Origin: Bacteroidota bacterium | Lineage (GTDB): Bacteria; Bacteroidota; Bacteroidia; 2-12-FULL-35-15 | Reading direction: 5' to 3' | NCBI GenBank assembly: GCA_029237775.1 | Contig: JAQZBR010000009.1 | Span: 7,708-71,707 of the forward strand | Length of the DNA stretch: 64,000 bases | Shown: in pieces, positions 49,600 through 58,757 of the stretch | How the letters are laid out: the number at the start of each line of letters is the position of its first letter | Numbering within the stretch: position 1 is the stretch's first letter | Made by a program: the position numbers and the translations under genes | The notes under the pieces: model-generated | What the model was told of the DNA's origin: nothing | What the model saw: only the letters and a program-made list of their open reading frames with translations | Databases searched by the model: none

Positions 49600-50577
49600 A
49601 TGAAAAGCTTTCTGATTGCGTTGACAGGCGTTTTTTGCATGAATTGCTATGCACAACAAATACCTGCTCCGGAAGAAAATATTCCTTACCTGGTTACCTT
49701 TGCCAAAGATGGTGTTAAATCATGGGGTGATGATGACTTTTCCCAAACGTGGTTTTTTGTTGTTCCGAAATATCAGGTGAAGCCGGTTTATCTAAGAATC
49801 TTTGATCCGGAAACAGGCGGAGAACTTGATGAAAAAAAAGTCGAGTTCAACTCAAAGACCCAATACTCTATTTACGGAGGTAAAACCTGCTTTACAACAA
49901 AAGATGTTCGCGATAATAAACCTACGGGAAATTATAAAAGCGGCAATCTCCTTTACACAAAAACTTTCGGAAGCAACGAGATCTATGATGGGGAATGGTA
50001 CACCTTTGGGCCTTTTAATCCGAAAGAAGGTGAGTTCGTAAACGAATATGGGGGTTACATCTTTAAGGTCATAGCAGAAGGAATCAGCGGTGATGACGGA
50101 AATCTTTACACGTATTTTTTAAGTGAATCGCCCGTAGAAAACAAACCTGTGGAAGGTGGAAATGCTTTTACATTTGAATATACATTTCGCCTTTCAGATA
50201 AGCCGGATAACGTTGCACATCTTTACCCTTTCATTGAAGAGAATGTGATCTCTGTTAAGATCTCGAATTTTGATTTCGACAATGACGGCAACGTCAACAT
50301 CATTTCTATCGCCAAGAAAAAAGAACTCAGTAATTCCTCCGGTGACAATATCTGGGCAACGAGCGAGCACAAAATTATTGAACAGGAAAAGAAGACCACA
50401 CTTGATGTTCAATTCCTTAAGAGCAAGACGAAGGTGATTAAAAACAATAATGTTACCTTGTTTGTCACCAACCAATATGGCGACATGCTGCCCATATACA
50501 CAATGCCTATTGGCGGTTCTCCAAACAGTAACTATAAAGTGCAGTTTAACCAGAAGAAAAAAACCACCACTTATTAA
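49600..50577 (+). CDS. Hypothetical lipoprotein, translationally coupled to the downstream propeller-PP2C sensor
   Basis: MKSFLIALTGVFCMNCYAQ signal. Stop TAA is 2 nt before the ATG of 50580. No family recognised. Confidence 0.5.
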   Translation: MKSFLIALTGVFCMNCYAQQIPAPEENIPYLVTFAKDGVKSWGDDDFSQTWFFVVPKYQVKPVYLRIFDPETGGELDEKKVEFNSKTQYSIYGGKTCFTTKDVRDNKPTGNYKSGNLLYTKTFGSNEIYDGEWYTFGPFNPKEGEFVNEYGGYIFKVIAEGISGDDGNLYTYFLSESPVENKPVEGGNAFTFEYTFRLSDKPDNVAHLYPFIEENVISVKISNFDFDNDGNVNIISIAKKKELSNSSGDNIWATSEHKIIEQEKKTTLDVQFLKSKTKVIKNNNVTLFVTNQYGDMLPIYTMPIGGSPNSNYKVQFNQKKKTTTY

Positions 50578-50579
50578 TT

Positions 50580-53500
50580 ATGCCTAAAAAGTTTAAATTG
50601 AAGGTGACGAATTATCTCCATGCTCTTCTGTTTGTTCTTTCATCCTTCAATTGTTTTTCTCAGGCTTATCAATTTAAATCTTATAACACTGACAATGGTA
50701 TATCTCAACCATATGTCTATACCATTAATCAGGACAAAAACGGCTATCTCTGGATTGGTACAGGTGAAGGCTTATGCAAGTTTGACGGAATCAGCTTTAA
50801 ATCTTTTTACACAACCGATGGCATCGCTGAAAACTTTATCACTTCGAGCTACAAAGACCGAAAAAATAACATGTGGCTTGGTTTTAACCAAGGGAGCGTA
50901 ACAGTTTATGATGGGAAAAATTTCAAATCCATAAACACTTCCGGATTCACTAAAAGTCCGGTTACTGCCATTACCGCTGATGAGAAAGGCAACATCTGGT
51001 GTGCCACCCAAAATGATGGAGTATTCCGTATATCTAAAATATTTGAAGTCACTGTTTTTAAGCTTGAGTTCGACAGAGAGAATATTTATTCAATAGCCTT
51101 TATTAAGAATGATCAACTTTTGGTTGGTACCGCAAACGGGCTTAAGTTGTACCAGGTAACCGGCAACGAACAAAAGCCGAAATTTCTGCGGACCATAGAG
51201 GAGATCCCTGAAACACAGATCAAATGCATTGTGAAAAAGAACAGCTCCACAAGCTTCTGGGTAGGCACGGAGGATTCAGGGCTTTTTCTTATTACCCCGG
51301 TTTCAAATAATCAATTTAAGATCACCGAAGTTGGGGCCGACCTGGGTTTCGTGATTCCTGCCATACAGGCGATCTATGAAGATCCTAAATCCAACCTATG
51401 GCTCGCAACATTTGGAAAAGGTGTTTACAAGCTTTTATCTTCAGGCAACAGACTTTCTTATCAGGAATATCTGCATCTTGATGAGAGCAACGGCCTCACG
51501 AATAACTACATTAAAAGCCTTTACAATGACCACGAAGGAAATGTCTGGGTTGGAACGTATGGCTCGGGTATTATTCAGATCACAGATAATTCATTCAGCT
51601 TTTTTAAACATCAATCAAAGAGTTACAGTAACAATGTCACCTCAATTCTTATTGGAAAGACAAAATGGTTCGGGCTGGAAAACGGGCTTCTGAAAATCGA
51701 TATGAGCACTGCTCAAAAATGGTTTTTCTATAATGCACTTAACGGATTCCAAAATGATCGCGTAACTTCTTTGTATCAACCGGACAGCTCTCATCTTTAT
51801 ATTGGAACCGAACGGAACGGTGTATATCTTTTAGATACGAAGACGGATAATTTTACAAAAATACCTTTAAGCGAAGATGAGCTCTGCAACTCGATAAATT
51901 GTCTGACGGGCTACGGCAATGTTCTGTGGATTGCCACGAAAAATGGGATCTTCAAACTTGATCCAGGTAAAAAGATAACTACGCATTACACTACCGAAAC
52001 CGGCCTGCCGCATAACAACATCAACTATATCTATTATGATAAGGGTGATAGGATCCTCATCGGGACACACAGCAACTTTTTGAGTGAAATAAACATTAAA
52101 ACAGATTCGATCAGGAACAGAAAAATTTATGATGCCACAGACCTGTTAACAATAACAGGCATTATCAAAGGTGTTGATTCAAACATATGGGCATGTACAT
52201 TTGGTAACGGATTATTTAAGATCAATGATAACATAACGCGCTATACTACTGAACACGGACTCGCTTCAAATTATTGCTACGGAATTACTGATGACGGCTC
52301 AAACAACCTTTGGATAGGACATCGCATGGGGCTAAGTCGGTTCAAGGTTCAGAAAGATATTATCGAAGTTTTTTCCAAGAATGAAGGAATCACAGGCGAT
52401 TGTAATTATAATGCATTGGTAAAAGATGAGAATGGAAATGCGTGGTTCGGAACAACAGACGGTGCGATCAGATTCGATCCGCATAAAGACAAAAAAAATA
52501 TTATCCCTCCAATCGTAAATATTGCTTCCGTAAAGATCAATGATAAAGACCTTCAGCTTACAAGCGAGATCTCACTTCCATACGACAATTACAAGATCAG
52601 GTTAGACTTTATCGGAATCAGCTTTAAGGCGAACTCGAATATTCTTTATCAATATAAACTTGAAGGTTTTGATGCAGATTGGTCGGAACGGACAAAAACA
52701 CCCTTTGTACAATACGGGAAGCTTTCAGACGGGGAATATACCTTCTTGCTAAAAGCCTACAATAGCGATGGAATAGGAAACAATACCCCATTAAAGATCA
52801 CTATAAACATTGAAAAGCCTTTCTGGAAAAAATGGTGGTTCATCGTTTTGGTTCTGGCGGCTATATTTTACGCTGTGTATTTCTATATTAAAATCAGAGA
52901 GAAGAATCACAGAAAATTTCAGGCCCAGCTCCAAAAAGCACTCAATGAGAAAACACGTGAGGTGATCATTCAGAAAGAGGAGATCGAAAAGAAAAATAAG
53001 GATATCACCGACAGTATTCGTTATGCAAAACGGATTCAGGATGCTCTCCTCCCGGACGTAAAAAAACTCACCACAATGTTTCCTGAGTCATTCATTTTCT
53101 TTCAGCCAAGAGATATTGTAAGCGGTGACTTTTATTGGTATGAGAAATACGGTGATAAGGTTGTGATCGCCTGTGCAGATGCTACCGGTCATGGTGTACC
53201 GGGCGCATTCATGAGCATGATCGGCAGTACGCTGTTAAAAGATATCACTTCACGAAAAGGTGTTACTTCCCCTGCTTTTGCTCTCGCTGTAATGGATGAA
53301 GAGATCAGGATGCTTCTTAAGCAACATGACGGTGATCACGATCAAACACAGGACAGCGTTGATATAGTTATTTGTGAAATTGACAGGAAAACGAACTTTG
53401 TCCGGATCTGTTCAACAAGACGTTCCGTATTTGTTGTGCATAAGGATGAATTAAAGCTTATTAAAAAAGACAACACCGATAGCCAACAATACGATACGGT

Positions 53501-53735
53501 TAATATACAACTGGATAAAGGAGATATTATTTATATGTTTACCGATGGATATCCTGATCAGTTTGGTGGCGAAAAAGGCAAGAAGATCAAATCAGCCAAC
53601 ATGAAGCAAATGCTTGAGCAGATCCGAACACTGCCTTTTGACAAGCAGGAAATGATCGTAGATCGTTATTTTAACAGGTGGAAGGAAGGTTATGATCAGG
53701 TTGATGATGTTTTGTTCATTGCTATCAGAATCTAA
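50580..53735 (+). CDS. Membrane sensor phosphatase (beta-propeller repeats, Y_Y_Y, TM, PP2C/SpoIIE domain), divergent paralog
   Basis: Propeller repeats. Y_Y_Y-like YQYKLEGFDADW...YTFLLKAYNSDG. TM WWFIVLVLAAIFYAVYFYIKI. SGDFYW, ADATGHGVPGAFMS, DSVD (variant of DGMD), TDGYPDQFGG. C-terminus FIAIRI. Confidence 0.8.
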   Translation: MPKKFKLKVTNYLHALLFVLSSFNCFSQAYQFKSYNTDNGISQPYVYTINQDKNGYLWIGTGEGLCKFDGISFKSFYTTDGIAENFITSSYKDRKNNMWLGFNQGSVTVYDGKNFKSINTSGFTKSPVTAITADEKGNIWCATQNDGVFRISKIFEVTVFKLEFDRENIYSIAFIKNDQLLVGTANGLKLYQVTGNEQKPKFLRTIEEIPETQIKCIVKKNSSTSFWVGTEDSGLFLITPVSNNQFKITEVGADLGFVIPAIQAIYEDPKSNLWLATFGKGVYKLLSSGNRLSYQEYLHLDESNGLTNNYIKSLYNDHEGNVWVGTYGSGIIQITDNSFSFFKHQSKSYSNNVTSILIGKTKWFGLENGLLKIDMSTAQKWFFYNALNGFQNDRVTSLYQPDSSHLYIGTERNGVYLLDTKTDNFTKIPLSEDELCNSINCLTGYGNVLWIATKNGIFKLDPGKKITTHYTTETGLPHNNINYIYYDKGDRILIGTHSNFLSEINIKTDSIRNRKIYDATDLLTITGIIKGVDSNIWACTFGNGLFKINDNITRYTTEHGLASNYCYGITDDGSNNLWIGHRMGLSRFKVQKDIIEVFSKNEGITGDCNYNALVKDENGNAWFGTTDGAIRFDPHKDKKNIIPPIVNIASVKINDKDLQLTSEISLPYDNYKIRLDFIGISFKANSNILYQYKLEGFDADWSERTKTPFVQYGKLSDGEYTFLLKAYNSDGIGNNTPLKITINIEKPFWKKWWFIVLVLAAIFYAVYFYIKIREKNHRKFQAQLQKALNEKTREVIIQKEEIEKKNKDITDSIRYAKRIQDALLPDVKKLTTMFPESFIFFQPRDIVSGDFYWYEKYGDKVVIACADATGHGVPGAFMSMIGSTLLKDITSRKGVTSPAFALAVMDEEIRMLLKQHDGDHDQTQDSVDIVICEIDRKTNFVRICSTRRSVFVVHKDELKLIKKDNTDSQQYDTVNIQLDKGDIIYMFTDGYPDQFGGEKGKKIKSANMKQMLEQIRTLPFDKQEMIVDRYFNRWKEGYDQVDDVLFIAIRI

Positions 53736-53739
53736 AACT

Positions 53740-56700
53740 CTATACTCTGATACCTATCACGAGGATATCATCAACTTGTTCCAGGTTGCCCCTCCATTCT
53801 TCAATTGCTGTATCCAGGCGCTTTTTCTGCTCTTCCATCGGAAGTGCGGCAAGCTTTAATAACAAAGCTTCAAGGCTTCTGTATTTAAACTTTTTGCCAT
53901 CAGGTCCGCCAAACTGATCAGCAAAACCATCACTGAAAAGAAAGATCTGATCCCCTGACTGTAGATCTATCTCGTGATTTGTAAAAGGCTTAGACTCCAT
54001 TTCACTGAATGTTCCGATTGGCTGTTTATCGGCTTTAATTTTTATCATCTCGTTATTTCGCAGAACCCATAAAGGATTATTCGCTCCTGCATACTGAAGC
54101 TTATTATTCTCAAAATCAAATGCACATAAAGCCAGGTCCATTCCATCCCTAACTGTTATTTCATCTACATGCTGACGAAGCTGTTTTGACAAACCCCTGT
54201 TCATTCCGTTAAGAATCACTGATGGCTTGTCGATCCCATGTTCGTTCAAAGCCTGATTCAACAGGTTATATCCAACAATACTCATAAACGCACCCGGAAC
54301 TCCATGCCCTGTACAATCCACTGCGGCAACAAAGTTTTTCTTTCCATTTGTCTCCATCCAATAAAAATCACCGCTTACAATATCCTTTGGTTTATATAAA
54401 ACAAACGATGAAGGGAAGTAACGTTTGATCGTTTCGTTTGACGGCAGGATTGCCTGTTGTATTCTTCTTGCATAGTTTATACTATCCGTAATATCCTTAT
54501 TCTTTTTCTCAATTATATCCTTCTGCTGAACAACTTCAAAAGTTCTCGACTGAACTTCCTTTTCCAGAATTAACTTATCGCGTTTTAGTTTCCTTGTGCG
54601 GAAAGTCGTATAAATGTAGATACCTGCAAGTATAAGAAGGATCATGATCACGTAGAACCAGATCGTCTTCCAGAAAGGAGGTGAAATAACAATAATAAGG
54701 CTGTTGCCTTGCTCATTCCACACGCCATCATTGTTAGAGGCTTTAATTCTGAATATGTATTTGCCGGGATCAAGGTTAGTGTAACTAACATAACGCCTGT
54801 TACCAAGCTTGATCCAGTCTTTATCGAAGCCTTCCATTTTACACGCATATTGATTCTTTTCTGAGGCTGTATAATCAAGGGCTGCAAACTCAAATGAAAG
54901 AAAATTATCCGTGTAATCGAGATCAAGCTTCTTTCGATAAGAGATAGTTGTGTCACCCGGAAGCTCATTATTGAACAACTTGATAGAAGTAATAAAAACA
55001 GGTGGCCTGTTAGGATTTTTACGGATCGAAGCGGGTTTAAAAATGTTAAACCCATTCACTCCTCCGAAGTAGATCTTATCATCCTTTGTTTTCAGATACG
55101 CTCCCTGATTGAATTCATTGCTCTGCAAGCCATCTTTTACATCAAAATTCTGAAACGCATTGGTTGAGGGATTCAATTTGCTTAATCCGTTATTAGTGCT
55201 CAGCCAGATATTACCTTTTTCGTCCTTTACAATGCCGTAAACAACATTGTTCGGCAGGCCGTTCTTCTCACTGAACTGGATCACCTTTTTAGTGTGAACG
55301 TTCATTTTGTTCAGGCCGCCACCATCTGTGCCTATCCAAAGAAAGTTCCCATCAGGCAGAATGCTTCTTATTCTGTCGCTGCTTAAAGTTGTACTATCCT
55401 CTGTGTTTGATTTGAAATGAGTGAAGCCATCAACGCTTCGGTCATATAGCTCTAGCCCACCCCCGTTTGTTCCTGCCCATACCTTATTATCAGCATCAAC
55501 AGACAATGAGATAACTTTATTATTGCTGATCGAATTTGACTTTGAGGGATCAGACTTATAGCTTCGAAATATATTTTCTTCAGGGTAAAAATGATTCAAG
55601 CCTCCACCCCAGGTTCCTATCCATACAGATCCGTCTTTGTCTTCGCGAATGCACCAAACATCATCACTGCTGATACTGTTCGCATCATTCTCATCGTGAC
55701 GATATGAAGTGAAACTTCCGTTGGATTGCATCAGGTTTAGTCCGCCACCGTATGTACCGATCCATAACCGACCTTTAGAATCACGGAAAATACACCTCAC
55801 GATGTCGCTTGCCAATGATCTTTTATCATTCTCCTTTTTTCTGAAATAAATAAATTCATTTGTCTTTGGATTGAACTTGTTTAATCCGCCACCGTACGTG
55901 CCGATCCAGACTGTCTGGTCGGGATCTTCCCAAAAACCCATCACAACGTTTTCAGAAAGTGTGTTTACGTTTGATTGCTCGTGTCTGAAATGCCGGAAGC
56001 TTTCTTTAACAGGATCAAACACGTTGAGTCCGCCACCGAGAGTACCAACCCAATAAAGGCCGCGATAATCCTGATAGGCACACATGATCACATTGTGGCT
56101 CAAAGAATTGTTATCTGAAGGACTGTTTTTATAAACTGTAAATTCTTCAGACTTTCTATCATATCTGCAAAGGCCATCTCCGTAGGAGCCAAACCACATA
56201 TTGAAGTTCAGGTCTTCAAAGATTACCCATACATCATTACTGTTCAGTGAATTTTTTCCGGCAACAAAGTGTCGGAACTCAAAATTCACGGGATTGAACA
56301 TGTCCGCTCCGCCACCAGATGTAGCGATCCAGATCATTCCCTGATGATCCTGCGTGATCATCTTCACAATATTTTTACTGAGTGAATTGTTGTTTAAAGG
56401 ATCATTACTGAAGCGAGTGAAGCCTCTTCCACCTGTATTCATAAGGTTGAATCCCTGATCGGTCCCAACCCAGAGACGCTCGCGGTTGTCGATGAAAACA
56501 CAACTTACTTTATTGCTACTGATGGAGTTCAGATCCTGAGATGAATTGCGATAACATCTGAATTGCTTTGCCTTCTGATCATAATAATTCAATCCGTCCT
56601 GAGTGCCGATCCATAGGTTATCTTTACTATCACAAACGATTGAAGTAACAGCATCATTGCTGATTGAACCTTTATTGGAAGAGTCGTTTTTAAAGGTTTC

Positions 56701-57063
56701 AAATTTTCCGGACAATTTATTAAGCCTGCATAATCCTGAACCGTAAGTGCCGATCCAGATATTGCCGCTGCGATCTTCACACAGGGTTTGAATATAGTTA
56801 TCAGAGATGCTTGAAGTGATTTTGGGATCATGCTTAAAAACCTTGAAGCTGTAACCGTCAAATTTATTAAGTCCATCCTGCGTCCCTATCCACATAAAAC
56901 CTTCCCGGTCCTGAATAACACAATTGACCGTGCTTTGCGAGAGGCCTTGTAAAATAGAAATGTTATTGAATTTAATCTGTTGGGCCTTGATCGGGAAACA
57001 AAGCATCATTGCAAACACAATTGCAAAGCACTTTAAGTTTTTCAGACGATCATTTATCTTCAT
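53740..57063 (-). CDS. Membrane sensor phosphatase (beta-propeller repeats, Y_Y_Y, TM, PP2C/SpoIIE domain). ORF track start is a TTG at 57072; the likely start is the ATG at 57063.
   Basis: Signal MKINDRLKNLKCFAIVFAMMLCFPIKAQQ. Propeller blades. YACKMEGFDKDW...YIFRIKASNNDGVWNE. TM IWFYVIMILLILAGIYIY. SGDFYW, VDCTGHGVPGAFMS, DGMDLALC, SDGFADQFGG. C-terminus LVIGIRV. Confidence 0.8.
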   Translation of the reverse strand: MKINDRLKNLKCFAIVFAMMLCFPIKAQQIKFNNISILQGLSQSTVNCVIQDREGFMWIGTQDGLNKFDGYSFKVFKHDPKITSSISDNYIQTLCEDRSGNIWIGTYGSGLCRLNKLSGKFETFKNDSSNKGSISNDAVTSIVCDSKDNLWIGTQDGLNYYDQKAKQFRCYRNSSQDLNSISSNKVSCVFIDNRERLWVGTDQGFNLMNTGGRGFTRFSNDPLNNNSLSKNIVKMITQDHQGMIWIATSGGGADMFNPVNFEFRHFVAGKNSLNSNDVWVIFEDLNFNMWFGSYGDGLCRYDRKSEEFTVYKNSPSDNNSLSHNVIMCAYQDYRGLYWVGTLGGGLNVFDPVKESFRHFRHEQSNVNTLSENVVMGFWEDPDQTVWIGTYGGGLNKFNPKTNEFIYFRKKENDKRSLASDIVRCIFRDSKGRLWIGTYGGGLNLMQSNGSFTSYRHDENDANSISSDDVWCIREDKDGSVWIGTWGGGLNHFYPEENIFRSYKSDPSKSNSISNNKVISLSVDADNKVWAGTNGGGLELYDRSVDGFTHFKSNTEDSTTLSSDRIRSILPDGNFLWIGTDGGGLNKMNVHTKKVIQFSEKNGLPNNVVYGIVKDEKGNIWLSTNNGLSKLNPSTNAFQNFDVKDGLQSNEFNQGAYLKTKDDKIYFGGVNGFNIFKPASIRKNPNRPPVFITSIKLFNNELPGDTTISYRKKLDLDYTDNFLSFEFAALDYTASEKNQYACKMEGFDKDWIKLGNRRYVSYTNLDPGKYIFRIKASNNDGVWNEQGNSLIIVISPPFWKTIWFYVIMILLILAGIYIYTTFRTRKLKRDKLILEKEVQSRTFEVVQQKDIIEKKNKDITDSINYARRIQQAILPSNETIKRYFPSSFVLYKPKDIVSGDFYWMETNGKKNFVAAVDCTGHGVPGAFMSIVGYNLLNQALNEHGIDKPSVILNGMNRGLSKQLRQHVDEITVRDGMDLALCAFDFENNKLQYAGANNPLWVLRNNEMIKIKADKQPIGTFSEMESKPFTNHEIDLQSGDQIFLFSDGFADQFGGPDGKKFKYRSLEALLLKLAALPMEEQKKRLDTAIEEWRGNLEQVDDILVIGIRV

Positions 57064-57073
57064 CACCACCAAA

Positions 57074-58243
57074 TTATTTTGATCTTTCGAGAGCCTGCTC
57101 TATGTCAGCTATTATATCGATTATATTTTCAAGTCCTACAGAGATCCTCACCATACCGGGAGTAATACCAACAGACAATCTTTCTTCCTCGGAAAGCTTT
57201 GCATGCGTTGTAGAAGCAGGATGTGTTACTATCGTTCGTGTGTCGCCAAGATTTGCAGTCAGTGAACACATCTTTAAAGCATCAAGAAACTTTCTACCTC
57301 TTTCTATTCCTCCTTTAAGTTCTAATGAAACTATTCCACCTCCGAGACTCATTTGCTTTCTTGCAATGTCAAACTGTGGATGAGAGATTAAAAAAGGATA
57401 ACGCACCTGCAGCACTTCTGAATGCTTTTCCAGTAATGCAGCCAACTTGTGCGCATTGTCAGAGTGACGTTCCATCCGTACAGCAAGCGTCTCAAGGCTT
57501 TTTGAAAGGATCCACGCATTGAAGGGAGATAAAGAAGGTCCGGTGCTTCTGCAAAACATATGGATCTCTTTGATCAACTCTTTCTTTCCCAAAACAATTC
57601 CTCCGAGTACGCGCCCCTGTCCATCAAGATATTTTGTTCCTGAATGTGTAACGAGATGCGCCCCAAATTCGATCGGCCTTTGAATAAACGGAGTTGCAAA
57701 GCAGTTGTCTACGTTAAGGATCAGATTATGTTTGGCTGCGAGCTCACCCAGCCATGCAAGATCAATGATATCAAGTCCCGGATTAGAAGGAGTTTCAACA
57801 AAGATCATGCGTGTGTTTTCCTTGATCAATCCTTCCCACTGTTCAGGTTTATTAACGTCAGCATAAGTGCAGGTGATACCCCACTTAGGTAAAAACTTTG
57901 TAAGGACCGTGTGTGTGGATCCGAAAATTGAACTTGAAGAAAGTATATGATCACCACTCTTCAACAAACCCATGAAGCTCGCGAAGATAGCGGCCATGCC
58001 TGATGCAGTTGCATATCCGGCTTCTGCACCTTCAAGCTGGCACATCTTCTCTATAAATTCAGATGAATTCGGATTGACAAACCTGCTGTAAATATTACCA
58101 TCAAGCTCGTCAGCAAACATTGCACGCATTTGCTCGGCATCCTCAAAAGTAAAACTCGAAGTGAGATACACCGGTACCGAGTGCTCCCTGTTTACGCTTT
58201 GTTCTGATTGGATCCTGATTGCATTCGTTTCAAACTTCTTCAT
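57074..58243 (-). CDS. metZ: PLP-dependent trans-sulfuration enzyme (O-acyl-homoserine sulfhydrylase / cystathionine gamma-synthase family). ORF track start 58270; the second Met at 58243 is more likely.
   Basis: FETNAIR..., SGMAAI, HSGTKYLDGQG (PLP-Lys region) typical of the Cys/Met metabolism PLP family. Adjacent metX. Confidence 0.8.
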   Translation of the reverse strand: MKKFETNAIRIQSEQSVNREHSVPVYLTSSFTFEDAEQMRAMFADELDGNIYSRFVNPNSSEFIEKMCQLEGAEAGYATASGMAAIFASFMGLLKSGDHILSSSSIFGSTHTVLTKFLPKWGITCTYADVNKPEQWEGLIKENTRMIFVETPSNPGLDIIDLAWLGELAAKHNLILNVDNCFATPFIQRPIEFGAHLVTHSGTKYLDGQGRVLGGIVLGKKELIKEIHMFCRSTGPSLSPFNAWILSKSLETLAVRMERHSDNAHKLAALLEKHSEVLQVRYPFLISHPQFDIARKQMSLGGGIVSLELKGGIERGRKFLDALKMCSLTANLGDTRTIVTHPASTTHAKLSEEERLSVGITPGMVRISVGLENIIDIIADIEQALERSK

Positions 58244-58259
58244 AGAAAAATATCTCTGA

Positions 58260-58682
58260 TTAGATTTCATTCACACTTATCTGATAGCTGATCGTTGCAC
58301 CGGCTATCTCCAGTGTTTTTGAAACAGAGCAATATTTTTCCAACGACAGTTGCACCGCACGCTCAGCCTTTTCTTTATCTATCGTCCCTTTCAGCTTAAA
58401 ATGAATATGAACTGATTTCCATAAGGCCGGCTCTTTATCTTTTTCGCGTTCAGCATCAATGGTCATCTGAAAATCCTCGATCACCTGTCTTTGTTTTTTT
58501 AGAATGAGAACAATATCAATAGCGCTGCAACCACCAACGCCCATGATAAGCATCTGCATCGGACGAACACCTTTGTTATGTCCCCCAATGTTCTCTCCGG
58601 CATCCATGTGAACAATATTTCCTGTCTCACTTACACCTTCGAAGTGAAAAGCATCGTCTAACCGTTTTAATTCTATGCGCAT
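58260..58682 (-). CDS. OsmC/Ohr-family peroxiredoxin-like protein
   Basis: 140 aa. GGHNKGVRPMQMLIMGVGGCSAIDIVLILKKQ with a conserved Cys pair typical of the OsmC fold. Confidence 0.75.
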   Translation of the reverse strand: MRIELKRLDDAFHFEGVSETGNIVHMDAGENIGGHNKGVRPMQMLIMGVGGCSAIDIVLILKKQRQVIEDFQMTIDAEREKDKEPALWKSVHIHFKLKGTIDKEKAERAVQLSLEKYCSVSKTLEIAGATISYQISVNEI

Positions 58683-58757
58683 GTATTGTTGTATTCGTGT
58701 TTTTCAAAGGTAATTAAATAGCGTAAATTTTGATAGTTTTGTATCAAGCCTACGCAC

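Noticed and set aside
58683-58757. Possible SAM riboswitch upstream of metX or the osmC-metZ unit
   Set aside because: The divergent intergenic region is only 75 nt and AT-rich. It has no room for a SAM-I/SAM-II aptamer plus promoters, and no conserved riboswitch helices were seen.
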